DNA of 64,000 bases from Hypanus sabinus (Eukaryota). The stretch spans positions 166,904,001 to 166,968,000 of the forward strand of contig NC_082707.1 in NCBI RefSeq assembly GCF_030144855.1, given 5' to 3'. Below are positions 61,657 through 64,000 of this stretch, piece by piece. The notes beneath the pieces were generated by a model that was not told where the DNA came from, ran no database searches, and worked only from the letters and a program-made list of their open reading frames with translations. The position numbers and the translations under genes were made by a program. Position 1 is the first letter of the stretch. Each line of letters opens with the position of its first letter.

Positions 61657-62249
61657 AACTGTTTATCACAATTAGCATTAATGTGTACTGGAACAGCTGA
61701 TCGCATCAACTAAGATCTAAAGTGAAATGTTCACACAAGGCCGAGTTCGCAATGCATTAAGTCTAGTATTCAAAGGAAGCAATTAAACCATACACCTATA
61801 CAAATATAATGTGCGTTTGTCACCAGCACGACAGCCGGATTAAACAACATGGAAAGAATGTGGCTGACCCAGTGAATAGTTTCTGCAGTTGTGAACCTTC
61901 TCATTGATTAAACATAGATTTTTATTAAAGAGATATCAAAATTCAATGGCTTCAGTAATCCAGAAAAGAAGTTAACAAGTGATTTCTAGAGATCAGGGCG
62001 TTAGTCTACATCTCGCCATGATCCCAAAGAAATTCAATGCACCACCAGTATCTTTTAAGTACTTTTCATACTGAGATCAGCAGAATGAAGTGTGTTACAC
62101 AACACTGAAACAAGCCCTTCGGCTCAACAATGGTGACCAAGGAAGTCACATGAACTTGCCCCATATGACTGCATTTGGCTCATACCCCTCTCCACCTTTT
62201 CCATCTGTACACTTGTCTAACTGCCTCTTAAACATAATAATAGTACCAC

Positions 62250-62920
62250 ACGTATTACTATTACTATCGAAAAGCCGTACGAATTATAAATAAGACAAGT
62301 TATTATGAGCCAACCAATCCACTATTTATTCAACTAAATACTTTAAAATTCAGAGATTTCATAGATTTTAAAATAATACAAATAATGTGTAAAGTAATAA
62401 AATGGACAGCTCCCACAAAGTATCCAAAGATTGATTAAAATGAGAGAAAGTCAACATGATTTGAGAGGAACATGTATACTTCAAAAACAAAGGATATGAA
62501 CAAATGTAAAAAATCATTGTATTTCAGTCAGGGGGTGAATCTATGGGACAGTTGTAGTGAGAATTCAAAAACATGCACTACGCGTAACAAGTTTAAAAAA
62601 TTATTTAAAAATAATTTAATGAACAAATATAAAATACATGATTTAAAATGAATGGGAGTAATGTAAATAAATGATTCTTGGAATTGGATTTTGTGTGAAA
62701 AGATTATGAAATTTTTTTGTTGTGTTGTGATGATTGATGCCAAATATATTGCTGTATAAAGTACGAGGGGTAGGTCTAATAAGCTGTAGCTTCAGCCTAC
62801 ACCCTTTCCGACTCTTTTAAAGATTTTTATTATTAAATTTTGTTTTATGAAATCTTCGTTGAAAATTGTGCTTTTTATTATGTTTCTACTGACCGAAATA
62901 AAATTTCATTCATTCATTCA
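62250..62920 (+). mobile_element. AT-rich non-LTR retrotransposon 3' end (L2 group, Crack-like), inside a minus-strand CR1 tail (62080-62250, resumes about 63410-63690)
   Basis: RKAVRIINKTSYYEPTNPLFIQLNTLKF...CISVRGVNLW. Ends in aataaaatt(tcat)n. Confidence 0.65.
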
Positions 62921-64000
62921 ATAGGACCTGTTGAAGTTGCAGCAAGGGAAGGATTAAGGTATAGTTGGCAGATAGCGTACAGTCAACCCGGCTGAGAAAG
63001 GTCTTTGAAGAGAAGTCCTTGAAGAGCATAACTTCCCTTTGGATGGCATCAATCTGCAGCCATTTGGCATGAAAGGGATGTGATGGAAGAATGCAATGCA
63101 CACTCCGACTACGGGACAATCACTTTACCAACTTCAAAGTGTCATTTAACACCCGTATTGTGAATGGGAATTGATTATGCAAATAAGGGATATAAACAAC
63201 CCACAGTTTACCAAGTGCCTGCAACTGCTAGCCAATTCTATATAAAAACGGCATTGCTCTGCTCAAACGTCAGAACAGTACGGTGACAGGAGCCACACTT
63301 GTGCACAAGTAAATAAAGTGTAATTGAGGGACAAGTATGAGTTTTCAGATTCCAGTTAATTGGCAACGACGTACCCACCACTCCAGTCTTCTTGGTGGTC
63401 TGTTGGATATACCCACCACCTGTGAAAAGCTTTCTTTCCGGTCCCTTTTAAATCTCTCCCCTCTCACTTTAGATCCATGTCCTCTAGTTTTAAACTGCCC
63501 AACCCAAACAAAAAGAATGTGCTATGTACCTTATCTATACTGCTCATGATTTTATATGTACCTAACGTTACCCCTCAGACTCCTGTATTCCAAGGGGAAA
63601 AAACAGCCCACCTAGCTTCTCCTTATGACTAAAGTGCTCCATTCCCGATAACATCACTATGAATCTTTTCGACAGCCTTTCCAGCTAAATGACGTTTTTA
63701 ATGAAATCAGCTCCTGATGTATCATATTTCAACAACAAAATAAACCAGCTGCCAAGTTCCATGGCTCTTCTTGGGCACCAGCCCTGGCAAACACCAGATA
63801 ATCACTGCCCATTTGTGATACATCAGGAACCTATCATGGGACTTATAGAAAAGGTTAAACTCAAAATAGGAAAACTGGTTCTAAAGCAAATACTTCCAAT
63901 AACTTCAGAAAGCTTTGTTCTCACTTTGGAAGGAAGGCCAGTATAAGTGAACAGAGTTAATATTTAACTTTATTGACCTTTGAGCAAACTAGGAGATGTA

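Noticed and set aside
57487-64000. Next upstream TRAF3 exon (human GTNQQIKAHE-type)
   Set aside because: Not found by eye; probably outside the window.

Overview
Vertebrate genomic DNA, AT-rich and dense in transposable elements. The repeat content (CR1 LINEs, V-SINE/HE1-like SINEs, Rex1/Babar LINEs, Penelope-like fragments, Tc1, hAT and Harbinger relics) points to a cartilaginous fish, probably a ray (inference). Two genes lie in tandem on the minus strand. TRAF3 contributes its last three coding exons (57486-57346, 54507-54315, 49764-49193; coiled coil plus TRAF/MATH domain) and a probable 3' UTR of about 3.4 kb. Downstream are exons 1-8 of amnionless (AMN; ATG 34960, exon 8 ends at 491), all GT-AG and phase-compatible, with most exon lengths equal to human. 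Most other ORFs in the track are TE remnants or noise. I cannot demonstrate a new biological system. The best leads are: a CpG-retaining, multi-helix segment at 2110-2350 that carries an exact 23-nt copy of a nearby decayed Tc1 transposase sequence; Ile at the AMN position of the human pathogenic T41I variant, with a shifted glycosylation sequon; a dense NF-kB/IRF/ETS motif cluster in AMN intron 6; decayed minimal hammerhead ribozymes and fold-back palindromes from Penelope ends; and a Penelope insertion whose target-site duplication contains a splice donor. Comparisons to human or consensus sequences are from memory and need database confirmation. TE boundaries are approximate unless a TSD is stated.
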